Positions 1 to 11,729 of a stretch of 64,000 nucleotides of DNA are shown piece after piece (position 1 is the first letter of the stretch; each line of letters begins with the position of its first letter). A program made the translations under genes and the position numbers. The notes below the pieces were generated by a model that worked only from the letters and a program-made list of their open reading frames with translations, was not told the origin of the DNA and made no database searches. Location: assembly GCA_051313645.2 (NCBI GenBank), contig JBNRSN020000056.1, positions 3,782,001 through 3,846,000 on the forward strand, written 5' to 3'. This DNA is from Centroscyllium fabricii. Taxonomy: Eukaryota.

Positions 1-467
1 TGTAGCTTGTTCCCTTCAGTTGTAGCCTTGGCGGCGTCCATGTAGGCCTCCAGGAGACCGAACCAGTGTTCGAAGATGTTGGCGGCGGCTGGGTCCTGTG
101 GACTAATGTCCAGCTTTTCGGGTTTCACAGCGCCGCTCTCCATTTCAAAATTTCTAAGCTAATAAAATTGACGTAACGTCAATAGTCTAATAAAACTAAG
201 ATGTGTAGTTACCTTAACTAAAGGCTTTTATTAGCTTACAACGGAGCTATGCTCCGATCGAACATCAGGTACAGAATGAATGGGGGCCGGTCAGTCCCCA
301 CCTATAAGGCACTCACCTGAGGGGAGGAGTTAGAGGTGTGGCTGACCTGGCCCCGCGACAGTGTCGCAATACAGGACAGTTGCATCATGCACCCGACCGC
401 TATACATACATATAATATTGGTGACAATATTAGGGTGGTAATAATAGTATATACAACGGTTACCACA
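1..467 (-). mobile_element. Gypsy LTR retrotransposon A: 5' LTR (169-467) and start of gag, running off the window
   Basis: Minus strand starts TGTGGTAACC at 467 and the LTR ends ...CGTCA at 169. gag ATG at 143 (MESGAVKPEKLDISPQDPAAA...) is nearly identical to gag of element C at 6549. Abuts a LINE fragment. Confidence 0.9.
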
Positions 468-950
468 CAAACATCCACTCCCTCCACCACCGGCGCACCC
501 TGGCTGCAGTGTGTACCATCTACAAGATGCACTGCAGCAACTCGCCAAGGCTTCTTCGGCAGCACCTCCCAAACCCGCGACCTCTACCACCTAGAAGGAC
601 AAGGACAAGGACAGCAGGCGCATGGGAACACCACCACCTCCAAGTTCCCCTCCCAAACCCGCGACCTCTACCACCGAGAAGGGCAGCAGGCGCATGGGAA
701 CACCACCACCTCCCAAGTTTCCCTCCAAGTCACACACCATCCTGACTTGGAAATATATCAGCCGATCCTTCATCGTCGCTGGGTCAAAATCCTGGAACTC
801 CCTCCCTAACAGCACTGTGGGAGCACCTTCACCACACGGACTGCAGCGGTTCAAGAAGGCAGCTGACCACCACCTTCTCCAGGGCAACTAGGGTTGGGCA
901 ATAAATGCTGGCCTTGCCAATGATGCCCACATCCCAGGAATTAATTTTAA
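468..950 (+). mobile_element. L2/CR1-superclade LINE 3' fragment
   Basis: Encodes CTIYKMHCSNSPRLLRQHLPNP...WNSLPNSTVG...LQRFKKAA (LINE ORF2 C-terminus). Same family at 25420-25975, 46405-46820, 46970-47350 and 22660-22970. Confidence 0.8.
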
Positions 951-972
951 AAAATTATATTTAAGGTTGTAT

Positions 973-1226
973 TGTAGTGCATGCAGGCCTGAAGAACCAC
1001 GCTGGAGACAGTGAGATTAGATAACACTCATTTATTGCTTTACTCTGCAGGGGCCAGGTAGCGAAGAGAGTGAGCTACCTGGAACGGGCTTATTTAAAGG
1101 GCCCGCGGTTGGGGACGTCACCACGCCGGAAGTCGCGGTGACGTCATCACGTCGCTCGGTGGGCGGGGCCGTGCCCCGCAGTACTCCCGAGGCGGGTTCG
1201 ATGGTCTTGGTGGGCGTGTCGCCACA
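973..1226 (-). mobile_element. Solo LTR
   Basis: TGTAG...CCACA termini, 4-bp TSD GTAT on both sides, AATAAA and TATA-like motif on the minus strand. Related to 3980-4220. Confidence 0.85.
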
Positions 1227-1565
1227 GTATCGTGTATATTATTGAGAGTCCAACATTTCCTTCAGCTGATTATTCTCTACTTGAGGCTTGTACATTTGAA
1301 CATATGATCACGTCACCATCACACTGATGAACAAATGTGTGAGCAATTTGAGTCACATACCATCTATCCACATCCAGGAACCAACTCACTGACAACCAAA
1401 CAACACCCACGTTCATCTCCCTTTTTGCACAGAGATTAGAAAATCAATACCAAGTATACACAGCAACAAACGGTATAACCCAATCTCATAGCTCAAGTTA
1501 TAAGGCACCAAGAGGTCATGCTGCACCTTCCTGGTTGCTGAACCCTTTAGACTGTGTGACCCTCT

Positions 1566-2495
1566 TGAGGAACGGTTGGAGAGGCTGGGGTTGTTTTCTT
1601 TGGAACAGAGGAGGCAGAGCGGAAATGGAGCTGAGGTGTCTAAAATTGAGGGGCCTGGATAGAAAGGACTTATTTCCCTTCGCAGAGAGGTCAATAACCA
1701 GGGGGCATAGATTTAAAGTAATTGGTAGAAGGATGAGAGGGGAGTTGAGGAGAAATGTTTTCACCCAGATGGTGGTGGGGGTCTGGAACTCACTGCCTGA
1801 AAGGGTGGTAGAGGCAGAGACCCTCATCACATTTAAAAAGAACTTGGATACGCACTTGAAGCGTCTTAACCTACAGGGCTATGGACCAAGAGCTGCAATG
1901 TTGGATTAGACCGGAGGGCCTTGGTGAGACCACATCTCGAGTGTTGTGTGCAGTTTTGGTCACCTTATCTGAGGAAGGATGTTCTCGCCATGGAGGGAGT
2001 GCAGCAAAGATGCACAAGGCTGATACCTGAGATGGCAGGAATGACGTATGAGGAGAGATTGGGTCGATTGGGCTTATACTCGCTGGAGTTTAGAAGAATG
2101 AGAGGGGATCTCATTGAAACGTATAAAATTCTGACAGGGCTGGACAGACTAGATGCAGGAAGGATGTTCCCGATGGCTGGGGGGTCTAGAACGAGGGGTC
2201 AGTGTCTCAGAATACGGGGTAGGACATTTCGGACTGAGATGAGGAGAAATTTCTTTACTCAGAGGGTGGTGAACCTGTGGAATTCTCTACCCCAGAAGGC
2301 TGTGGAGGCCAAATCACTGAATATATTTAAGAAGGAGATCGATAGATTTCTAGACACAAAAGGCATCAAGGGGTATGGGGAGAGAGCAGGAATATGGTAT
2401 TGAGATAGAGGATCAGCCATGATCATATTGAATGGTGGAGCAGGCTCGAAGGGCCGAATGGCCGACTCCTGCTCCTATTTTTTCTATGTTTCTAT
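1566..2495 (+). mobile_element. Two adjacent CR1 LINE 3' fragments
   Basis: RPHLECCVQFWSP, LGLYSLEFRRMRGDLIE, RVVNLWNSLP motifs and CR1 3' tail ending CTATGTTTCTAT. Confidence 0.9.
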
Positions 2496-2589
2496 TTCCG
2501 CTGGTTGGTGATTCTAGAACTAGGGGGGCAGAGTCTAAAGATTAGAGCCAGACCTTTCAGTGAAATTAGGGAACACGTCTACACACAAA

Positions 2590-3353
2590 GGGGGAAAATT
2601 TGGGTTGCTTGCACCAGCCGTTAGCGCCCTAAGAGGGCTGCTAACGGGGCGCAAGGCACCTAGCGCCTGGGCTGGCGCCTCCTGCAATATTCAGTGGGGC
2701 GCTGGTGGTGGCGGCAGCGACCCGTGATGCTGCGCCGCCGGTGATGACATCATCCTCACCGTGCGCAGTGCCTCGCTCGCGCCCCGGCCTTGAACTTCAG
2801 TCACGCCCCCTGACTTAGCGGCGGACGCTGTCACCGATAGAGTCGGGGGGTGGGGGGCACAGCTGCAGCCGGGCCAGCACTATTTAAAAGGGGGGGGTGG
2901 CGGGCGGCCATTTTTTTTGTTGGCTGACTGCCAGCACCTGCCCCCTCTGCCGTCCCCGGCCTTCTCCGATGCCCCCCCCCCCCCCCCGCAGAGCGCTGGC
3001 TGGGCTCCGTGAGCCCGGCTCTTCCCTCGAGTGCCGGGCTCCTTTGCCGGCATTGCGATCCCCGGCGGTCCAGCGGGGCTCCGGGCCGCGCCGCACTAGG
3101 CCTCTCCCCTTTAAGAAGGGGAGGGAGGCCTGCAGTACCGTGGCGCGGTGTGATGCAGAGCGTGGCGCAGCGACCCACAGTGGCCCGAACTTCAGTTGTT
3201 GCGCCCAAGGAACGAGGTGGGATGCCTGCAGTAGCGCCACGCCTCCTACTTGGGGCGCTAAACCCCAATTTACGGCAGAACGGCGTGAACTTTCTCGGGG
3301 TGCTACCTTCCAAGGTTAGCGCCCCAAACGGGGCGCAACCCAATTTTTCCCCC
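2590..3353. mobile_element. Non-autonomous DNA transposon, PIF/Harbinger-like, inserted in a CR1 fragment (2496-3575)
   Basis: Imperfect TIRs GGGGGAAAATTTGGGTTGC / GCAACCCAATTTTTCCCCC with a 3-bp TSD AAA. Removal restores CR1 ACACACAAAGGGTGGTAGAAG. GC-rich interior. Confidence 0.75.
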
Positions 3354-3979
3354 AAAGGGTGGTAGAAGTTTGGGACTCTCCACCAGAAGCGGCAATTGAT
3401 GCTGGATCAATTGTTAATTTTAAATCTAAGATTGATAGACTTTTGTTAACCAAAGCTGTTCAGAGATATGGGCCAAAGGCGAGTCTATGGAGTTCGTTTG
3501 TAGATCAGCCATGATCTCATTGAATGGCGGAACAGGCTCGAGGGGCTGAAAGGCCTCCTCCTGTTCCTATGTTCCGAATGTATATCATTTTTTATTTTTT
3601 TTTAAACAGGCAGCTCAACTCCCAAAGATTTTTAAACTATAGCTTTACTTTGACAAATAAAAGGAGTAAATCTCATCTTTAATATTGTGGTAAACCACCA
3701 TATTGTATATATTGTATAGTGTCTCCCCCTTGTGTCCCCTCCTTGTAATTACTGTACTGTATGTGTAATTGTGACTCCTTGCCCTTTTGTCTGGGAGGAC
3801 TCGTCTGGGAGGACCCAGCTCCTTAGCTTCCTCTCCAGGCTCCGCCCACAGGGTATAAAAGTGCTAGCACACCTGGGTGCTTTCACTTTGACTTGGAAGA
3901 TCGCCAGACCTGTGTCCAGTTCTAAGTTAATAAAAGCCTCAGTTGCATCGAATCATCGACTGGTTGTAATTGATTGTGC

Positions 3980-4220
3980 TGTAGTGCTTACAGGACCCAA
4001 GGACCACGCAGGAGCCGGAGAGAGACAGTAATCTCTTCTTTATTGAACAGTACTACATCAGAAAGAGATTGAGCCATGAGGAGCAGGCTCTTTTAAACTG
4101 CCCGCTCGCCTCTGACCTCATCACGCCGAGAGACGTGGTGACGTCATCGCGTCACCCGGTGGGCGGGGCTATGCCCCGCAGTACTCCCGAGGCGGATTCG
4201 CCAGCCGGCGGTCCGCTACA
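3980..4220 (-). mobile_element. Solo LTR inserted in U5 of element B
   Basis: TGTAG...CTACA termini, 4-bp TSD GTGC (3976-3979, 4221-4224). Shares GCCCCGCAGTACTCCCGAGGCGG with 973-1226. Confidence 0.9.
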
Positions 4221-6236
4221 GTGCATCAATTTTATTAACTTAGTTTTACAAGGAAAACTTCCCGCGAAGATGGAAAAGTTCCTGAGACCCGACAGACTCG
4301 AACTCGTCCCGTGATCGGCAGGCGCTGAGCGGGCCTTCGCGCACTGGGTCTCCTGTTTCGAGTCCTTCCTCGAAGAATCCCACGAGACTGTGGACACAGA
4401 ACGGCGAAAACTCAAAGCCCTGTGAGCTCTCATCAGCCCAGAGCTCTTCAGTCTAATCGAGGGCGAAACAATTTACAGAAATGCCCTGGACACTTTAAAA
4501 GCTCGCTTTACTGCCCCGATGAACGAAATCTACGCCAGGCATCTCCTACTGAACAGGAAACAGCAGCCTGGCGAGTCTTTCGCAAACTTTATGGCAGCGT
4601 TACGAACGCTCATGCGCGCATGCAATTGTAAGCTGTTGACGGCCAACCAGCACCAGGACTTAATCCTGGAGCAGGGCAATATAGGCTTGGCTGCTGCTGA
4701 AACGCTAGCGGAATCGCTGGAGGCGGCGCACCTCCAGGGGGAGGCTTACGACCAGCAGGGGTCGCGGGCGCAGGCATTGTGGGCGGGTGAATCGACCGCC
4801 GCTGCGCCCCCACTCACGTCCGCGGGCAGGCTAAACATGCCAGGCAGCGCTGCCCTGCCCGCGTGTGCTCCCACAGAGCGGCCATCTTGGAGCAGCCAGC
4901 ACCCCCCCCACGTGGCAATCGTGGAGGCAGCCATTTTGAATCGGGTGGCCATCTTAAACCCTCCCCCCTCCACATGGCGAGCATGGGGGCAGCCATTTTG
5001 AATCGGGCGGCCATCTTGAGCCCTACTCCGCCGCGTGTGAACGATGGATGCCGCCACGCTTAACCCGGGCGTACCCAGCACAGAATTGGCCAGCATCACC
5101 CGCCTCTACAGGGACCGACCTTCGAGACGACCTGCGACTCCCACAACTCGCCTCAATCACACTGGATCAGACTCGGCCCCACCGGATCAGACTCGGCCCC
5201 ACCAACTTGCGCAATCCACCATGGACATTGAGGTAAACGGCCGTGCGGTTAACTGCCTATTTGACTCGGGGAGTCCCGAAAGTTTTATACACCCGGACAC
5301 GGTACGGAGGCTTTCCCTCACGGTACTCCCCGCGCGCCAGCGGATTCTAATAGCTTCCAACACAGCGACTGCGGAAGTCAGTGGTCTCTGCGTGGTTACA
5401 CTTAAGGTGCGGGGTACTGTGTACAGCCGGTTTAAACTGTTCGTCCTCCCCCATCTCTGCGCTGCCGTCCTACTAGGTCTTGACTTTCAAAGCCACCTCG
5501 ACAGCGTTATCATGAAATACGGTGGCCCCCTCCCCCCGTTGACCGTCTGTAACCAGCAGTTTTTGCAACGTAAGCCCCACACTGTTGGCAGCCTTTCGAC
5601 CCTCAAGGTCGCCCCCCCCTCATTATTTGCTAACCTCACCCCTGACTGTAAGCCCATTGCTACCAAAAGCAGGCGAAACAGCACGGGGGACAGGCTGTTC
5701 ATTAAGTCTGAGGTCCAGCGGCTCCTGAGGGAGGGGATCATCGAGGCCAGCAACAGCCCCTGGAGAGCCCAGGTTGTGGTTGTCAAGACCGGCACCAAAC
5801 ACCGCCTGGTCATCGACTACAGCCAGATGATCAACCGCTTCACTCAATTGGACGAATACCCCCTGCCTCGCATCTCAGACATGGTCAATGAGATTGCGCA
5901 GTACAGGGTGTTTTCTGCAATTGACCTGAAGTCGGCATATCATCAGCTCGCCATTCGCCATGGAGACCGCCACTTCACCGCCTTTGAGGCGAATGGCCGT
6001 CTCTATCACTTCCTGAGGGTCCCTTTTGGAGTCACCAACAGTGTGTCAGTCTTCAAACGGGCTGCTGGCTACCTTCCCCTACCTCGACAACGTCACTATC
6101 TGTGGCCATGACATGGAGGACCACGATGCTAACCTGGCCAAATTCCTCCACACCGCCCAGCTCCTCAACCTCACCTGCAATGAGGAAAAATGCATTTTCC
6201 GTACCACTCGCCTCGCCATCCTGGGCTGTGTCGTGG

Positions 6237-9200
6237 TGTGGTAACCCATAATATGTATATGTACCACTGAATTATTGTTGCCAACAATTGGCTGTGTGTG
6301 ATACACAGCCCTGTAATACCGCTGTAATACTGTCGTGGAGCCAGGTCAGCCACACCTCTAACTCCTCCCCCAGGTGAGGCCTTTATAGGTGCGGACTGAC
6401 CGAGGCTCCCTCATTCTGTTCTGATGTTCGTTCGGAGGGTAGCTCCAAAGTAAGTTATTAAAAGCCTATAGTTATGGTAACTACTCGTCCAGTCTTTTAT
6501 TAAGAGATATTGACGATACGTCAATTTTAATAACTTAAAAATTTTGAAATGGAGAGCGGTGCAGTAAAGCCAGAAAAGCTGGATATCAGTCCACAGGACC
6601 CAGCCGCCGCCACCACGTTCGAACACTGGTTCGGTCTCCTGGAGGCCTATATGGACGCCGCCAAGGCTGCAACCGACGGGAACAAGCTACAGGTTCTCCG
6701 GTCTAGGATCTCCAGCCGAGTATTCTCCCTCATCCGAGACGCCAAAACCTACCCAGGGGCAGTGGAAAAGCTGAGGAAATGCTACAAGCGCCCGGTCCAT
6801 TCGGTCTACGCCAGACATGTGCTCGCGACCAGACCACAACTACAGGGTGAGACCAACTAACAGTTTGAGCAAGCGCTCCAGGCCCTGGTACGGGTCTGTG
6901 GCTGCCAAGCCCGGACAGCAGAAGAGGAGGCGAACCTCCTCGTCCGAGATGCGTACGTAACCGGCCTGAGGTGCGTGGAAGCCCGCCAGCGGCTGCTCGA
7001 AAAAGACTCTTTGTCTCTGGAAGAGGGGATCGCCATAGCTAACTCCATTGAAGGAGCACGCAATAAATTGCAGGCGTACAGCGGCACAAACCCGCAGGCC
7101 TACGACATGTGGGCCGCGCCACAACGGGCCCAGGCCTGGGCAGCACCACAACGGGTCGAGACCCCCACGATGGCTGCGACAGCTACAAAGGACAAACGCT
7201 GCTATTTCTGCGGCCAGGGACTGCACCCGCGAGCGAGATGCCCAGCAAGGACCGCGACCTGCGAGAGGTGCGCCAAAAAGGGACACTACGCAAAGGCTTG
7301 CAGATCAGCACCAGCAGCGCCCAACTCCAGGTACAACAGCGCAGCCTGTGAAAGCTCCGACAGACCTCAGGTAAGCTGCAATAGCAGCGCGATCCAGGGG
7401 TAGAAGGGAAGCGCCCCCAGCTCCCACCCCGATGCGGCAAAGGCCAGCAAAGCGCGACCCCCCAACGCCAGCAGCAGACCCAACGCGGCCGGCTGCGTGC
7501 GAATCACGGGCACCGCCAACCCGACCACCGCGGCCCGCTGCGTGCGAACCACGGGCGCCGCCAACCCAGTCACCGCAGCCCGCTGCGTGCGAACCATGGG
7601 CGCCGCCAGCGCGCTCACAGCGGTCAGCCACGTGCGAACCACGGGCGCTGCCATCTCGACCCCAGCGGCCCACCATGTGCGACCCCTCGGCGCTGCCATT
7701 TTGACCCCAGCTGCCCATGTGCGAGCCAGGGGCGCCGCCATTTTGTCTCCAAGCCCCACCATGTACGAGCCAGGGGCGCCGCCATTTTGTGTACAGCCCC
7801 AACCAGCAAGGGGCCCCCACACACAAAAGTATACGTCGGCTTCAGCCATACCCAGAGTGGACCAGGACAGGCCACACACTCTGTCGAATTCGATAATGCC
7901 TATTAAAATAAACGGCCATATTATCGATTGCCTATTTGACACTGGAAGCACGGAGAGCTTTGTGCACCCCGATACAGTGCAGCGCTGCGGACTGCAGATC
8001 TTGCCCACGAATTACCAAGTCTCCCTTGCTTCAAAGTCCCACACCGCGGACGTCACCGGCTACTGCTCCGTCACGCTCACAGTCAAGGGGTGCGTGTACC
8101 GTAATTTTAAATTGTACACCCTCCAGCAGTTGTGTGCCCCAGCCTTACTAGGTCTGGATTTCCAGTGCCACCTCAAGAGCGTGACAATGGAGTTCGGCGG
8201 GACCTTGCCCCCCCTCACCATCAGTAGCCAGGACAGTCCCTTCCCAAAGCGGAGCCCGGCCTGCGGCCACTCCACCCTGAAAATCGACCCCCCTCTCACT
8301 GTTCGCCAACCTCGACCCCAAGTGCAAACCTATTGCTACCAAGAGTCGGCGGTACAGTGTGGGGGATCGCACGTTTATCAGTTCGGAGGTCGGGCGTATG
8401 CTGAAGGAGGGGGTAATTGAAGCCAGCACCAGCCCCTGGCGGGCCCAGGTCGTAGTGGTGAAGTCTGGCGAGAAACAGCGGCTGGTGATCGATTACAGCC
8501 AGACTATCAACCGCTACACCGGGCTCGACGCCTACCCCCTCCCCCGTATCTCGGAAATGGTCAACCAGATCGCCCAATATAAGGTGTTCTCCACGATCGA
8601 CTTTAAGTCGGCGTATCACCAACTCCCGATCCGGAAAGCCGACCGCCCCTACACCGCCTTCGAGGCGAACGGTCGGCTCTACCACTTCCTCCGGGTCCCC
8701 TTCGGCGTGACCAACGGAGTGTCAGTGTTCCAAAGGGAGATGGACCGCATGGTTGACCAGAACGAGTTGCAGGCCACTTTCCCTTACCTGGACAACGTGA
8801 CCATCTGCGGCAATGACCAGCAGGACCACGATGCCAATCTGGCCAAATTCTTCGACACGGCGGATAAGCTGGACCTCACGTATAACAAAGACAAATGTGT
8901 CTTTAATACAGACCGGCTCGCCATCCTCGGATACGTGGTGGAAAACGGGGTCCTCGGCCCCGACCCACAGCATATGCGACCCCTTCAAGAACTGCCCCTA
9001 CCTCACAACCCTAAAGCCTTGAGGAGATGCCTAGGATTTTTCTCCTATTACGCACAATGGGTCCCACAGTTCGCGGACAAGGCTAGACCACTCCTCAAGG
9101 CTGCCGTTTTCCCCCTTTCGGTAGAAGCCCAAACGGCATTCGCCCGGATAAAGGAAGACATTATCAAGGCGACTATGCTCGCTGTTGATGAATCCATTCC

Positions 9201-11064
9201 CTTCCAGGTGGAGAGCGACGCTTCGGACTTCGCCCTTGCTGCCACCCTGAATCAGGCAGGCAGGCCCGTAGCGTTTTTCTCCCGCACCCTACAGGGACCC
9301 GAAACTCACCACTCTGCAGTGGAAAAGGAGGCCCAGGCCATCGTGGAGGCCGTGCGCTACTGGCATCATTACCTGGCCGGTAAGTGTTTTACCCTTCTCA
9401 CCGACCAACGGTCGGTGGCGTTTATGTTTAATAATAAACAGAAGGGTAAGATCAAGAATGATAAGTTCCTGCGGTGGCGGATCGAACTCTCGACGTACGA
9501 GTACGACATTCTTTACCGACCAGGCAAACTCAATGAACCCCCGGACGCACTGTCCAGGGGAACGTGCGCCAGTGCCCAGCTAGACCGGCTGAAGGACCTC
9601 CACGACCGCCTTTGCCACCCGGGTGTCACCAGACTCGCCCACTTCGTCAGATCCCGTAGCCTCCCCTACTCCATCACGGAGATCAAGGCTATGACCCGAG
9701 AGTGCCCTGTCTGCGCCGAGTGCATGCCCCAATTTTCCCGGCCAGACACGGTGCACCTCATTAAGGCCACCCGCCCCTTTGAACGTCTCAGCGTGGACTT
9801 CAAAGGCCCCCTCCCCACCACCGACCGCAACTCATACTTCCTCACGGTCGTAGATGAGTTCTCCCGCTTCCCCTGCGCAGATATGACGAGCGCAACGGTG
9901 ATAAAACACTTCACCACGCTGTTCGCCATTTTCGGTCTCCCCAGCTACATCCATAGCGACCGGGGGTCATCGTTCATGAGCGATGAACTGCGTCAGTTTC
10001 TGCTCCAGAAAGGGGTTGCCACGAGCAGAACGACCAGTTATAACCCCCGGGGGAACGGCCAGGTAGAAAGGGAGAATGGGATCATCTGGAAGGCGTTCAC
10101 CCTGGCTCTGAAGTCCAGAGGCCTTCCAGTGGCCCATTGGCAGGCAGTCCTCCCAGACGCGCTGCATTCTATACGCTCTCTCCTGTGTACGGCCACTAAC
10201 GCCACCCCTCATGATTTGATTTTTGCTTTTCCCAGGAAGTCGACTTCGGGGACAGCTCTTCCTCCATGGCTCACGACACCGGGGCCGGTCTTCCTTAGGA
10301 GACACGTCCGTGGCCACAAGACCGACCCCCTGGTGGACAAGGTGCAGCTCCTGCATGCGAACCCGCAATACGCGTTCGTACAGTTCCCGGACGGGCGTGA
10401 GGACACCGTTTCAATTAGAGACCTGGCGCCCGCAGGAAACACCGCAGCAGAGCCCCTGGTCGGCCAGCAGCCCGCCCAGCCACAGTATCCAGAACACCCC
10501 CTACACCTATGATGGCCTCTGAGGTTTCCAGAGCCCCAGCCGTGGCCAGCCCAAGACCACCACTCCGATAGCTCGGACCATCTGAGACCATCACCATCCG
10601 AAACCACGGCACCAGAGCCGCTGTCACCACCAACGGACTTGAGCAGCACGGACCACGAAGAACCATCACCGGAACTCCGGCGGTCCTCCAGGCTGACACG
10701 ACCGCCGGACAAACTGATATTGAACTGCTCGGTCCATTCACCCCCCCCCGGACTTAAAATTTTCAAGAAGGGGTGAATGTGGTAACCCATAATATGTATA
10801 TTTACCACTGAATTATTGTTGCCAACAATTGGCTGTGTGTGATACACATCCCTGTAATACCGCTGTAATACTGTCGTGGAGCCAGGTCAGCCACACCTCT
10901 AACTCCTCCCCCAGGTGAGGCCTTTATAGGTGCGGACTGACCGAGGCTCCCTCATTCTGTTCTGATGTTCATTCGGAGGGTAGCTCCAAAGTAAGTTATT
11001 AAAAGCCTATAGTTACGGTAACTACTCGTCCAGTCTTTTATTAAGAGATATTGACGATACGTCA
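6237..11064 (+). mobile_element. Full-length Gypsy LTR retrotransposon C
   Basis: 287-bp LTRs 6237-6523 and 10778-11064 (TG...CA, 4 mismatches counted by eye), PPT AAGAAGGGGTGAA, 5-bp TSD CGTGG/CATGG, domain order gag-PR-RT-RH-IN. Confidence 0.97.
6549..10512 (+). pseudogene. gag-pol of element C with a few lesions
   Basis: Two zinc knuckles (CYFCGQGLHPRARC, CERCAKKGHYAKAC), protease LFDTGS, RT YLDNV, RNase H, integrase HHCC and D-D-E (VDFKGP, SDRG, NGQVERE). In-frame stops at 6858 and 7401, frameshift near 8290. Confidence 0.92.
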
Positions 11065-11729
11065 CATGGCAAACGGGGTCATCAGCCCGGACCCGAACGC
11101 ATGCGCCCCCTCATGGAGCTTCCCCTCCCCCAGAGCCCAAAGGCCCTGAAAAGGTGCCTGGGCTTCTTCTCGTACTACGCCCAATGGGTCCCCCAGTACG
11201 CTGACAAAGCCCGCCCCTCCTGAAATCAACCTCCTTTCCCCTGTTGAACGAGGCTCGTGCAGCCTTCAACAGCATTAAGTCAGCCATCGCCAAGGCGACC
11301 ATGCACGCCGTGGACAAATCCACCCCGTTCCAGGTAGAAAGTGATGCCTCTGACTTTGCCCTGGCCGCCACTCTCAACCAGTCTGGGTGGCCGGTGGCCT
11401 TCTTCTCCCGCACCCTCCACAGCCCCGAAATCAGGCATTCATCAGTGGAGAAGGAGGCCCAGGTCATCATGGAAGCGGTGCGGCACTGGAGACACTACCT
11501 GGCCAGTAGAAGATTTACCCTGCTCACTGACCAGCGGTCAGTGGCTTTCATGTTTAGTAATAACCAGCGGGGTAAAATCAAAAACGACAAAATCTTACGG
11601 TGGAGAATTGAACTGTCCACCTACAAAGCTCTGAATATCAACTATTTCAATAAAGGCAAATATGAAAACAGCACGTAAGAGAGTTAAAAGGCAGCAACAT
11701 TTGAGAATCAGACAATTTATATAAATACA

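Larger units (their letters stand above)
3686..11625 (+). mobile_element. Gypsy LTR retrotransposon B (degraded, 3'-truncated host), interrupted by a solo LTR and by element C
   Basis: 5' LTR TGTGGTAAACC (3686) to ...GCATCA (4228); gag ATG 4270 with stops; protease LFDSGS; RT YLDNV; pol resumes in register after 11069 (GCVV|ANGVISPDP); RNase H ESDASDFA to ELSTYK; no integrase or 3' LTR. Confidence 0.9.

Noticed and set aside
2831-3365. GC-rich ORFs or a CpG-island promoter
   Set aside because: Lies within a TIR-bounded insertion that splits a CR1; no transposase motifs.
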